Assembly: GCF_000150275.1 (NCBI RefSeq)
Contig: NW_002060965.1
Coordinates: 62,001 to 126,000, forward strand
Source: Trichoplax adhaerens
Lineage: Eukaryota > Animalia > Placozoa
Direction of reading: 5' to 3'
DNA: 64,000 nt
A program made the translations under genes and the position numbers. Below are positions 1-12,479 of this stretch, piece after piece; the stretch's first letter is position 1; every line of letters begins with the position of its first letter. Below the pieces are notes generated by a model. It made no database searches. It was not told where the DNA came from and saw only the letters and a list, made by a program, of their open reading frames with translations.

Positions 1-1049
1 TATCCTTTACAAGTAGCTTATAATTATACTTTTAATATAGTATACTGTAATAAACAGCATGACACTAGATAACTTTTATTTTTACACTTATAACTGAAAC
101 TTAAACAATGATTCAATTGAACGAAACAGCATGCACAAAGAGGAAAATTTTGATCAATTTTCTTGTTTAACTTAGACTTAGTATTGATATACAGAGTTAT
201 CTCATTATCTATCTGCATAGAATCCACGTACGGTAAAATTGATGATAATTAGCTTACCTCCGCTTTATTTACTTATTTCATCTTTTTTGATGAAACCTTA
301 CATTTTTACTTTCTCTTAATTTCGACAAATTCTTAGTAAATAATAATGATATCGATTCCATGCTGTAACTAAGCCAGAATTTTCTGTTTGGTATCGTAAG
401 ACTTTGAACTTGGTTACAACATTCAATAGAAGCAGAATCTTTTATTTCAAATCTCGGCTATATACTAAAATATTAGAAATAAGAAATACTACAATTGCAG
501 CATTTCCTTTTTTATTGCGTGAATGTGGACATATAATTTTCTATTTACATAAATATTGAATGAATGCAAATGTAGTATTCAATATTTATTGAGACAATGA
601 AGCTCATAGTATTGTAGAAGCTGTAAATATTTATAGAAATTTATCATAACTTCACAAAAAGTAAAATATTAAAATTGTTACTTATTGAAGATGACTAATG
701 GCATGTATATACTTGCTATGCTAATATATCTCTTAAGATTAGCAACATCAGCGATTAGCCAATATCTAATATTTCGCTTCTATTTTCCAGTAAGAATTTC
801 TTTAGGTTGCCGGTTGCGAACCTGGATCTAATGCTCAGTGAATAAGGTACTATTTCGAATTGAATAGAATTTGACTTAGGAGCCACTAATAATAACCAGG
901 AAAGAGGCTAGATATGCTATTTACATAGGATGGTATGGCTAGTTTGACGTAAATTAGAGTTAATGCATATTTCCTGAAGTGTTTAACATTTTTATTTATT
1001 TTAGTTAGAAATGCAGGTATACCAGTAGTTCCCATCAACACGTATAATA

Positions 1050-3194
1050 TTAAGATGATGCACTTGGATCAGTCAAAGCACACATATCATCATTATACTC
1101 CTTTAACGCTGCCTTTCTTGCAGCTCGCTTTTTGTCATCTAAAATACTGAAGTAATTATAAAGTAATACGCATGGAACGATAACCAAAACGCTAGCAATA
1201 ATAAATCCCGTAGATAACGTGAAATGAGGATACCAATGAATACCATTCTTAGAAGAAAATAAAGTCCAAAAGAAGGCAACCAAAGGAGTTACTAGTGCCT
1301 GAATGATTACTAAGTAATTAGCTCCATCTGTGTAACGAATCAGTAGTAACGAAAAAAGCTGAGCTCCAGTAAAAAGTAATATAAATGCAGACGATGCGCC
1401 AGCAGCCCAAGGATAATGAATGTTAGAATTACCCGTATATTGAGCCATGAATCCGCAGTACATGCCGTCTTGAAATTGTTTGAAAGATTTAGCCTAGAAA
1501 AAATATAGATATATATAGCAATTACATTCTTAAGTCAAATTCAAAATCAGTAGTGATCGAAACAGACAATTTATAATGATTCGGGCTGAAATTTTCTAGT
1601 AAAAGATAATCCTTAAGTCAAATTCAAAATCTATAATGATCATAATAGACAATTTATAATGATTCGGGCCGAAATTTTTTAGTAAAAGATAACTCTTACG
1701 TCAAATTCAAAATCAATAGCGATCAGAATAGACAATTTATAATGATTTGGAGTGAAATTTTCTATTAAAAGATAATGTAAACTTCAAAATGTCTGAAAAT
1801 TTCCACTTGTAATTATGTCATTAGCTAACCTCTGCTGATGGTTGCTATAAAATTGCAGAATCATGCTGAATACAATAGCATCTGTACATTACAGGTACTA
1901 CTACTTACTATTACTTGCTACATGATGCTATGATGTTGTTTTTACTGGTAATGTCTCGATACCTTTGGTAACTAATACTATATAGAAGCTAATCAGTTAA
2001 TTCTATTGAAAAAGTAGAATCATGTCTAAAGCTAGTTGCTTCCAAAAGTATAGTCGTAACTGCTAGAAAAAAGGAATTTCGTACAGTTTCATTCATTCAT
2101 GTAGTACTCCAATATTGCATAGGAGTTAAATGATAAAGTGCTGTAGAATATTTTAAATTGCTTGTAAATTTTGCAAGTAAAACGTTATAAATAATGGATT
2201 AATGGTGATGAGACTGAGATTGAAGATGTATTTATCAATACAATTCACATTGTCTTTCCTAATTTACCGTTCCAAAACCGGGTATAAACTCAGCCCAGAA
2301 AAATAGTCCAACGAAAATAAGTTTGTATGTTTGAATCCATGCCATAAAAACAAGAGCTTCCTCCTATTGACATAAAGTGTCATTAACAGGATATACGGAG
2401 GTATCATTTACTTACAAGAAACGATAACTAGTGGAATAACAAAGTTGTTATATGCGTGTAACTGCTTTAGCACTATTATTATTAAAACATCAAATAACCT
2501 TTGCATCTTTCTTAATATATCTTTCCTGCAAGACATTTGATAAACTACTTGGTAGATAGGCCAATCCAAAAACGAGCGGCCAAATTACTGAGGCAATACC
2601 CTTTTTTCGATATTGACCATTTATATCGAAAATAATCGGTTCGAAAGAAATAAACAATCCGATCAATGTGCCACATGTACATATTAGGCGGCCAAGACTG
2701 GGACGTTTGTGTAATATCATGTAACTCAATAGAACCGTGTAAGGAATTCGTAATGTCCTTAGTATAGCCTGCAAGCTTGGTAAAGTTCTGCTCGGAGGGC
2801 TAGCATAAACCACCATAAAAGCATTGAGTGTATCTAAGAGACCTAACAGCACAAAGATCTTATGTGATGTATAAGATTTGATGGTAAACAATGGATTGGC
2901 TAATTTAGCTATAATAGCGCATAACCATAATATAACTGGAAACCAAAAGTCGCAAGAAACAAGCGTAAAATATTGATTGCTAGGGCAATTATTTGATAAA
3001 AGAATTTGTGAAAGTACGGGTAAGGCAACATTCGCACCACATAGGCATATAATACAAATGATAGCAATTATAATTCTGGTCGCTCGTAGTGAGCAATAAA
3101 TATTGCCTACTGGTAATGCTATGCCGTTGTTGTTCGGAGAATGATTATTGCCAGTGATTACAACAACATCGATTAAATCTTCGTTTTCTTCCAT
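1050..3194 (-). CDS. CRT-like (chloroquine resistance transporter family, DMT superfamily) multi-pass membrane transporter, paralog A; 3 exons: 3194-2499, 2363-2268, 1493-1050 (~411 aa)
   Basis: ORFs 2490..3194 and 1050..1463 joined through a 96-nt exon with GT-AG sites, all phase 0. About 10 hydrophobic helices and the motif ASPPSRTLPSLQAIL..IPYTV resemble Dictyostelium/plant CRT-like proteins. Exon structure is identical to the + strand paralog. Confidence 0.8.
1529..1775. repeat. Tandem repeat, 3 x 83 bp, in intron 2 of CRT-like paralog A
   Basis: Unit CTTAAGTCAAATTCAAAATC...GACAATTTATAATGATTCGG...AAAAGATAA starts at 1529, 1612 and 1695. Confidence 0.9.
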
Positions 3195-4640
3195 TGTGGT
3201 GCATGCGAATTATGTGTTACAGTTCAATAAAAGAACTTAATGTTTGTAGATAGGGTAGTTTGGTATCAATCAGGATTTTTATAGAGTAGTACTTTGCCTA
3301 TAACGGTATGAAATGATGCCTATAGCAAGGCTTCCATAAAGGATTTACTTTAGCCGGTTATTCTGTATAATCACCGGGATTCGTTCTTTCGCCGTATAAC
3401 TATTTAGGATAAAGGGATTGAAATGATGTCTTCTAATTTACTTTCGCTAGCATGGTACATAACCATACCATATCATACAGTAAGTGGTCAAAGAAATTGA
3501 CTAATCCTATTCCGAGACGATTGCTATTTCCTCCATCATAACGTGAGGTAAGATTGATTGGTAAGGTAAGTTAACCTACCGTGCTCGGCTTTCATCGAGC
3601 AAACCATGTAGGCACTTGTTGATATGGAGAGTGGTATGCCCCATCGTTACTACGATACGCTATCTACGGTGGCTCAGAACGGGGCTAGGCCAGGTGACCC
3701 GACCAACATGTCACCGTGACGTAGGTGACGTTATCGAATCGAGAGCGAACAGACAGCTGACGGCAAGTAGGCGAGAAGCTGACGACAGCAACCTGACCAA
3801 GCCCCAAGATAGTAGTGAGCTGACTAAAATAGTGTCGCTGTCGTCGTCACGTCCGTCCCTAGCCTGTCGTTCTGGGCCGCAGTACAGTGTACAGTGTACA
3901 GTACAGTCTGTTCTAGAGTCTATAGTACTGTAGAAAACGCGAAAGACAGCCTTGGTCCTGGTCTCGACGAGTCGTATACAGTACGTACAGTACAGTAGAT
4001 CATAACGGTTTGAACTGATGGATCGATGGATCTGATAGACCCTTTCTCAGGTCAAGAGTGGACGACCGAGCACTACAGTACAGAACTCGAATACGGTACT
4101 TTACTGTATGTACTGTACAGTGTACACTGTACAGTACTACAGTACACGTCAGTACAGTAAAGGACGAATCGTGTGAGAAGGTGACGTCGAGTGACCATCA
4201 CGAGTTCTAGCGCATGACACAGCGGTCCAACGAGTGTCCTGAATAACGTGCGGATGTCAGTGCTCATGCCTACCGGATTGTTATCTAATGACGTTATCTT
4301 CTATCCCGATGAAATCGATTCTTTACTAGTGAATACGATCTAGAGGAAAGGGCAAAGATTAGAAGAAATTCTCGCCATTCGTCAACGTAATAAAGCAAAA
4401 ACCACCTGAAAGTTTAGCCGTCGACGTACAGTAGATTGATTCTGGTGGAAAATTACGATTACTGCCTCATTGAAGCATCTTTTCTTGGCTGTTACGAAAG
4501 TCATAGTTTATATAAGCCATCAGTCAATTTGTTGGATGGTGACCAATCTTTCAACGCTACAATTATTGGTATTAAAAGGCTAGTGAAGGAAAAGACATAG
4601 CTGATTTTGGAAGAGAATTACATTATACTACTAAGACATC
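3195..4640. promoter_or_regulatory. Putative bidirectional promoter/5' region between the divergent CRT-like paralogs
   Basis: Head-to-head ATGs at 3194(-) and 4641(+). Local CpG/GC enrichment, repeated TGACG half-sites, GTACAGTAC arrays and fold-back elements. Confidence 0.6.
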
Positions 4641-6240
4641 ATGATGGAATCGAATGAATCAACTCCTTTAATAAATGGCTCAACCAATCATAACCATAGA
4701 GATGGGATTGATATCGTTAACAATAGTAAAGAGGATGTACCTAGTTTAGATACAGTTACTATACCCATATGTAATGTTGTCATCACTCGATCCACTGCAA
4801 GTATATTCATAGCTGTCATTAATGTTCTTAGCCAAGTTGGAATGAATATTAGTTTACCTACTCTTTCCAAAACGATCGAATCTGGTCACTGTCATAGTAA
4901 TCAGTTTTTTGTCCTATTTTATTCTGGTTTGTGGTTCCCCATTCTTTTTTGGGCCGCTGTTGTGGTCGTCAAACTATGCCGTCCAACTTTTAACGTCAGG
5001 ACTTACACTTCTCACAAATATTTAATTCTTTTGGGAGCATTAAACGCTGTCAACGGATTATTGGTGGTATATGCTAGTCCACCCAGTAGAACATCGCCCA
5101 GTTTACAAGCTATTCTAAGCACAACTATAATCCCTTACACAGTTGTCTTGCGTTATATCATTTTAAGAAAAGGTGTTAGCTACGGCCGATTGATATGCAC
5201 CGTTGGTACCCTAATTGGGCTGTTTATCTCCTTAGAGCCAAACATCTTTAATATTAATCATAAACAAAGTAGTGGATCGGCCTCAGCTATATGGCCTTTC
5301 GTGTTCGCACTAGGATTTTTGCCAGTTGGTGTTGCAAATGTACTACAAGAACGAGAGATCATGAAAGATAATAGGGTTAGCTGCAAACTTGATATTATAC
5401 CAAAGAGTCATTTTATCGATAGTGTTACAGACAATCTACCAAGTATTAGTAATTATGCTAAGATAGATAGCTTAAAAATGCACCATTTTCCCTTAAATTT
5501 CATACTCATTGTAGGAAGAATCATTGGTATTTGAAGCATGGATGCAAGTTTATAATTTTGCTGGTTTATCCATGTTGTTTTGGACCGATTTCATTCCTGG
5601 CTTTGGAGAAGTAAGTTATAATTACTCTATTGATAATTATGATGATATTATCAGCTAAGAAAATTTTGATACTTAAATACCATCCTACCATATAACACTA
5701 TAATTATGTAGGCTCCACTCACGACAATAGCCAATAGCGCGTTGTCTACTTAAATTAGCTACAGTAAAGGCATTATGCCATATCGATAAACTAATTATTA
5801 TAATCTTTAACGGCTAGGCAAAAACATTTAAGCAATTTCAAAATCAGATGAACTGCGGTTTCATGTCTCAATTTACTGGAAATAAATTTGTTCACTTTCC
5901 ATGGGCAGCTGGTTCGGCTTGGGTTTTCATTATTTTTTACTGTATAGCAAATATGTCTTCCCTACTACTAATCCGGTATGCTGATGGGGCAATCTATCTT
6001 GTGGTTGTTCAAGCACTTGTTACCCCATTGGCTGCCTTCTTTTGGACACTTTTTACTCTTGATAACGGCTTCCATTGGCATCCCAATTTTTCTGTTTCTA
6101 CTGGGTTTATTGTGGGAGGAGTAGCGGTAATATTGCCATGCGTGATACTTTATAATTATTTTGGGATGAAGGAACAACAAGAAGCACAAAGACAACTAGA
6201 AAATTCTCATTCGCATAAGAAAGAGAGCAAGGAAATATAA
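4641..6240 (+). CDS. CRT-like transporter, paralog B; 3 exons: 4641-5375, 5515-5610, 5818-6240 (~417 aa)
   Basis: ORFs 4641..5534 and 5848..6240 linked by a 96-nt exon (EESLVFEAWMQ...FWTDFIPGFGE) with canonical GT-AG sites. Strong similarity to paralog A (ASPPSRTSPSLQAIL; LLIRYADGAIYLVVVQALVTPL). Confidence 0.82.
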
Positions 6241-8114
6241 TAGCTGAGTAGATGCTAAAATTGTTCAAACTGAAAGTAATATGGAGCCTTAATTTCAGAA
6301 ATTCACTGCATGTAATATATTTTAACCATATTTGCTATACAACAAAAACCTCTGACTTTTACACTAATTGTTGGTGCGCAGATATTACCTGTAGTTTGTA
6401 TTTTCATAAATGCTTATCATAAAACGGCGTCATTAAAAGAATCTAGGTCGTTATTCATCTCAAATGTATTCGATACACTCTAGGTGTAACAATATTCTTT
6501 TCTAAACATGTTAAGTTCCTGTTAGAATACATTTATTTATCGATACTGGGGTTTTACCCTGTTATACTGTAACAGACACTTAGCAAATTACAACTGTCAA
6601 AGTATTGATTGTCATGTTTTAAAAATTTGTAATTGAAGAACCTTGTACAGAACTGAAATCCCTTATTGATATAGTTTTATTATTCGATAGGTACGGTATT
6701 TTATGATAAACGATTATAATTTAAAATACAATCTCATATTTAGTTAACAGTATTAGAGACATTCTTACAAATTGATACTTTTGCTAAATGTTAAAATAAA
6801 AAGTCTTTATTATAAATTTAAAAATAAAATAAAATGGAAGCCAACTTTCTTATTAAATGATGTTATATTACATAATCATATGTGCAATTTTTTCTACGTT
6901 TTAATTGATGGATAATATAATTCCTACCATGCATACTCGTATATGCTTTCATTCTGATTGACCGTTCTATATTTGCACTATTCTAGCCTTTACCAAAATA
7001 ACGGTAAAATTTTTACAGATATAGTTAAATTTCAAAGCTTTCCACTGGATCTTAAAATGATTCTCAGGCTAACTGAGAGATCAAGCTGCCAACATTCCAT
7101 TAATTTTGATCATGCTTAATTCAGTCTATTTTATGCTAACTTTTTCATCTCATATCCACAGCCAGCATCCCTAATAATGTTTGTCGTTGTTATTCGTTTC
7201 CAAGAGATTGGAATTTTAGCTAATAATCTAGTGGCGAAATTAGATATGAAGAATATTTATGATAAGTTAAAAACCATTACCCATGGACTACTACAAATTT
7301 TAAGACGCTCCTAATTTAATCTTTGTGATATATACGTGTGGATGGAGGAGAGGTTGAAGATAGATTTTGCTTTGGCGCAATGATAGAGAATGAGGCGAAT
7401 TACTTTATTATGCTGTACTTTATGACCTACGGAGCTGACGGTGCAATAGCAAATTTAAAAGTATTTTGAATGAGTTACACCATTATTTCGTCTCAAATAT
7501 TTTGTTTCCAGTAGCGAGGTTTCTAAGCTATTACCAACATTACCTTATGTCTATATAGGTGTACTGTACTGTAGATGGAGGATAGATTAGATTTTACTTT
7601 TGGTGCAGAATGACAGCCAATGAAGAGGGATAGAGCCTTGTTTTATAGTACTGTATTTCAAAGAAAGATATAATTTCATCATCTGAATAACTTTGCAATC
7701 AATATACTATATGGTTTCTGAATGGTAGTTCCAAGCTCTAACTAATGCTTAATGAAGATAACGCAGGAAAGTTTGGATTGTTATAGCCGGCTAACTTACA
7801 GTATCCTCATTTCTTGTATGCTGATTTTTAACTTGATTGAATTAAGTCGACGTACGGGTAAAGCTTCTCTTCGATTCGATGGTTAATATTTATTAATGTC
7901 GTAGTAATAATTAACTAGCGAAACCCAAAGAGATTCCATGACAACATAGTGCGATTTTTAGGTAATAATTATATTAGAGAATAGCAGTGTGACACACGTA
8001 CAATCACATTAATATTATTTGATTAATTATAAATCCCCCCCCCCCCCGCCCGCTGAAGACGTGGTACTCTTTATCACTCTTTGATACAAGTAATGTAATT
8101 ATTTGTAGTTGAGA

Positions 8115-8870
8115 GCCTATAAATCAGTTTAGATGGGGCAGTCCCAAGCCAGTAAAGTCAGAAAATAGCCCATGGAGACAAACACCATCAATGGATTATC
8201 ATCTTACCACAGATCTATAGCACAGTACGTATAATGATAATGGTTAGATGAAGTATATGTGCATCGTACCGTATTATAGCATTATTCTCTTGTACTTGAC
8301 AAGAATGATTTGATGCTTTAAAAGATGGTCTACAAATCAATTTATCTGCCATAAAGAGATCAAGCCAGTCAATTACCCCGGCACAGTATTACTATTAAAT
8401 ATGGATGTATCCTATCGTGTGATAGCATCATTCTTCTGTACTTAACGTAAAATAATTAATTTAAAAGACAGTCTACAAATCAGTTTATCTGCCAACAGAC
8501 CAAGCAAGTCAATTACTAAGGTACAGTAAAAGTAGAATAATATAATTAGATGAACTAAATGTGCATCCTATCGTATAGTAGCAACATTCTTCTGTACTTA
8601 ACGGAGATTATTGAATAATTTAAACGACAGTCTACAAATCAGTTTAGATGCCAACAGGCTAAGCCAATCAATTACTACGGCATAGTATCAGCATAATAGT
8701 AGGATGAATTACACTAGCTGTACATCGTATCGCATAAGAGCGACATTCTTCTGTACTGGATGAAAATTATTGGATTATTTCAAAGACTGTCTACTAATTA
8801 GTTTAGATTCCAGCAGACCAGTAAAATTAGAAAGACAAACACCGTAAAATTGATTATCCTCTGACTCCGG
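8115..8870. repeat. Degenerate tandem repeat, ~5 copies of ~145-210 bp
   Basis: Core GTCTACAAATCAGTTTA(G/T)(A/C)TGCC recurs near 8118, 8328, 8471, 8630 and 8789; ATTCTTCTGTACT also recurs. Confidence 0.8.
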
Positions 8871-11719
8871 TGCAGCATAGCGATAATGCAGTATGTGAAC
8901 GTACTACAGTACGCAAGTCAATTCTCTGATGGTGTAAAAGATAGAAAGAAAGTACAACACTACAGACAGTATTCTATCCAATGTATAATTCACTAAACGT
9001 TCAAGAACTAGCCGGTGATTAATCATGAATATACGCGTATACAGTAGTATCCCTCTGTTTATGTTTCTAGAGTATATTATCATTCATGATAGACTATCCG
9101 ATCCAGTAATCTATGGTATAGTATAAATTCTCATCGATAATAAACTACCGTAAGTCAAATAAGGGTATTCCCCTATTAACGACACTCGAGTGCATCATGA
9201 TCGACTATCGAATCCATTAATCCATAGCTTAAAATGCACAAGAAATCTATACTAGAACTATATCAATTCCTATCTATTAGCAAGCAGACTTGCAAACATC
9301 AAACAAAAGAATATCGTTATCTAAGTAAAACAAGGGTATTGCTTGTAAGGGTATTGTTTGATGTCCGCTATCTAACTGCAGTATTGTACTGAGCGTACAA
9401 TACGCCTTTGAAGTGGAAAAAAATCGATCGATTAATTAATTATATCGTCGAGTTGGTCAATGAGGATCGGATAACTTACAAAGTTTTGTATTGGCTACTA
9501 CTTCTATTTTGTCTGGTGTTTTTTTTTATTCTTGTATCATCAAACGACTGTAAGGGTATTGACGTAGACAGGCCTCCAAGTGGAAGACCGTAGAGGATAG
9601 CTTGTATCGGATCGTTGCGCCAACACCAACTTTCCTATTTGGTCGAAAAATTTCAACATCGAGCCAAAACCATCCATCGCCAGCCATTTCTTTCTCCAAA
9701 TTTGTAGTCATTCTTTGAATGAGACGAATGGTCAATCATCAAGATGGTATTATCGGAGAGGTAATGGAGGCTATTCCAATCTCTTTTTGACGTCATGGGT
9801 AGTCACGAATGACTACTATTGACGATGTACTTGCTCATAATCTCGCTTTTTATCTTACCATCTTGACCGTTGTCAAGTCCTATGTCTGATCAATCGCTTT
9901 TTATTTTCACTAAATCACTTGTCACGAATGGAAAATAATTTCCTTTGCTGTAAAAGGATGACCATGACATTCGTTTTGTTACCAATTTCTGTTTGGGAGG
10001 GGGGCATTTTTTGTGGTCCAGTGATGATATGGAACAATGTTTTCTTTTACCCTTATCATTTTCATTTTCAGTTTTCTATTGAACTCGACCAATTAGTAAG
10101 AAAAATTATAACGTATTATGTGTTGAAACGATTGGCGAATAGTGACATTATTATTTTGAACGTTAATATTAATTTAACAGCCTATTCCAGGGTAATTTAT
10201 ACGTTGTAATGATAGCTGGCGTAGTCAGGCACATCCCATTTCCATTTCGAACTAAACGAGACAAGAAGTTTCACTTCGTGCCAACAACGTATTGGCTAAC
10301 CCTAGACGGAGTTCATTAAAATAGGCAAATTATAACGATGGCCAATATTAACATAACAGGAATGGTAACGGCAATGGCCATCGTTCCGCTTTCATCATTT
10401 ATAGTCCAACGAGATTGTGTCAATTGCCACATCGTTACGATAATTGCACGATCATCCGCGTCTACAAGAATGCTATCCTAAAATACTACTGTATTATTTT
10501 TACGCCTAACGTTGATAGCATCCATTATTCATTGTCAATAAGAAGCCTAGTTAAGCACTCTGTCTTCTCAAAATATACGAGTACGAGGAAAGAGTGTAAT
10601 CTACTGGGGAGGGGGGCAATTCATTGTCTGCCTTGAATCCTTCAACTTAACTAGTCAAAATTGATTACTTAACATCCCAAATCGCACGATAATATTGTGG
10701 TAACAGTTGAACGAGTTAATTTGTTATGTTCTAACTAAAAAAATTGATTTCAAATACCTTTACAACGCTTTAGCTAAACTTGAATTCATGCACCATCGAC
10801 GATGATGGTTTATAGCGTCAAAATAAAACACTTTAGTGTCCGTACAATGAATGATAGTCAGGGATAAACTTCGATTCAAAATTCTTTCCAGTAACGACAC
10901 AAATTTCTTACTTTCGCTAAAGAAATAGCGATCAAATCGATTGAAAATATTATTTTTCTCTCGGCGATCTTTCTATCCTTAATAAATAGCAAAAAATTAT
11001 TCACACGGAATACCTTCACTACGCCTCGTATTCAAATTAAATTTGACTATAGCACTATTTTTTCACTAAATTTTGACAGACAATCCACTCTATTAGAGAA
11101 ATTAGCCATGGTAAAATAAAAATATTTTTCTTTCGCGGGATGCTAGTCCTTGGGTAACAATCACAACTACAGCATTGCAGTTCGAAGAGAAAACCAGCGC
11201 ATAGGGTTGCCATAAAAACGACTCGGCGGTTACTACAAGAAATAGCGTCTTGTAGTCGTAACTTGCATTAGCCGGCAATTGATCAATAGCCTTAAGGAAA
11301 CAACAACTGCCATTTTTTCATAGTCTATTTCACGAAAAGTAAAATAAAAATCGATGTAAAAAAAATCAATCATCCTATATTACCCTATCAATCATAGTCT
11401 ATCATTTTCTACAAGTTGATAGTCACATGAAAATAGAATAGTAGCTAAAATCCTTTAGAATATCTGTTAATAGTAGATCGAATTTCAGTATGGATCTATA
11501 AATACATAAAATTAGATCTTTAAATTTTTGCACTTCCAATAGAGGAAATAACTTTGGTATCATATTAAAGAGTCAATTGAAACTGCAAACAATATCAAGA
11601 TAATGTGAGTTTGAAACTAATATTACTGTATATATACAAGGACAAGATCTAGCATTTACGATGTAGAATTAGCAAAGAAAGAGATGGATCATTATATATC
11701 AAAGATTGCTCTATTAACG

Positions 11720-12190
11720 GACAGGATCCCTGTAGTGCTGCAAATCATTACCATACTACACCATTTGAAACGCTGGACTGGCTTCGAAATTGTTGTAAGG
11801 ATAGAAGAAGTCTTATGCATGCCTTATAGGTATTTCTGTATGATTGTCAGCTTTACTGTACATTTAAGCGATCATGGCGAAGCATATTAATACAACATTA
11901 CAATAAAATCGAACGGGAGAATATAAAAATGATCATTTACATGAAAGATTACTTGAATAGTAGATAGGATACCCGTGTCAGATGATTACCATATTACACA
12001 AATTGAAACGTTGGACTGGCTCCCAATTTGTTCAATTAATAGACAGACGAAAATATTATCTTTGCCTTTTTACAGATATTTCTGAGTGAATACCGACTTT
12101 ACTACACATTTAGGCGATCCGGGCTAAGCACATCAATACAGCGCTCTAATGAAACAGAACGTGAGAATATGGAAATAATTATTTACATCC
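11720..12190. repeat. Diverged tandem duplication, 2 x ~245 bp
   Basis: ATTACCATA.TACAC...TTGAAACG.TGGACTGGC...TATTTCTG...CTTTACT..ACATTTA.GCGATC...AAGCA occurs twice. Confidence 0.8.
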
Positions 12191-12479
12191 ACTTTATGAT
12201 ATCCTGTCTTAGTATAGATACGATAGTTTCTCAACGAACTAGGTGAAAATAATTTTGAATCCAGGCTTCATTTTCCCTTTTATCTACTCTTTTATCAATC
12301 AGGACTATGTCAAGCTTTAGGCAAGATTTTAATATTCAGAAGTCATTGTCGCATGTTCGCATTTACTGTAGATAAATTCGTACTTAAAACGAATGTGTTA
12401 TATTAAAGCCAGTTATTTATTATACTAGTATGAGTAGTCAAATGGATGTAATGTTTTTTGCAAGAAAAATAGTTGGAAA

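Noticed and set aside
259-430. Minus-strand exon ending at a strong donor (GAG|GTAAG at ~258)
   Set aside because: The frames I translated contain stops; it may be a 5' UTR exon of a gene outside the window but cannot be supported.
800-850. GAACCTGGATCTAATGC resembling a TPP riboswitch core
   Set aside because: The CTGAGA motif and P1-P3 pairing are missing.
3674-3780. Short matches to human RNase P RNA (AGAACGGGGCT; GAACAGAC..ACGGC)
   Set aside because: The universally conserved P4 motifs (CR-I and CR-V) are not present nearby, so the matches are treated as coincidental pending cmscan.
3616-4267. ORFs 3616..3933(+) and 4073..4267(-)
   Set aside because: They run through GC-rich fold-back and GTACAG repeat sequence, with no recognisable domain.
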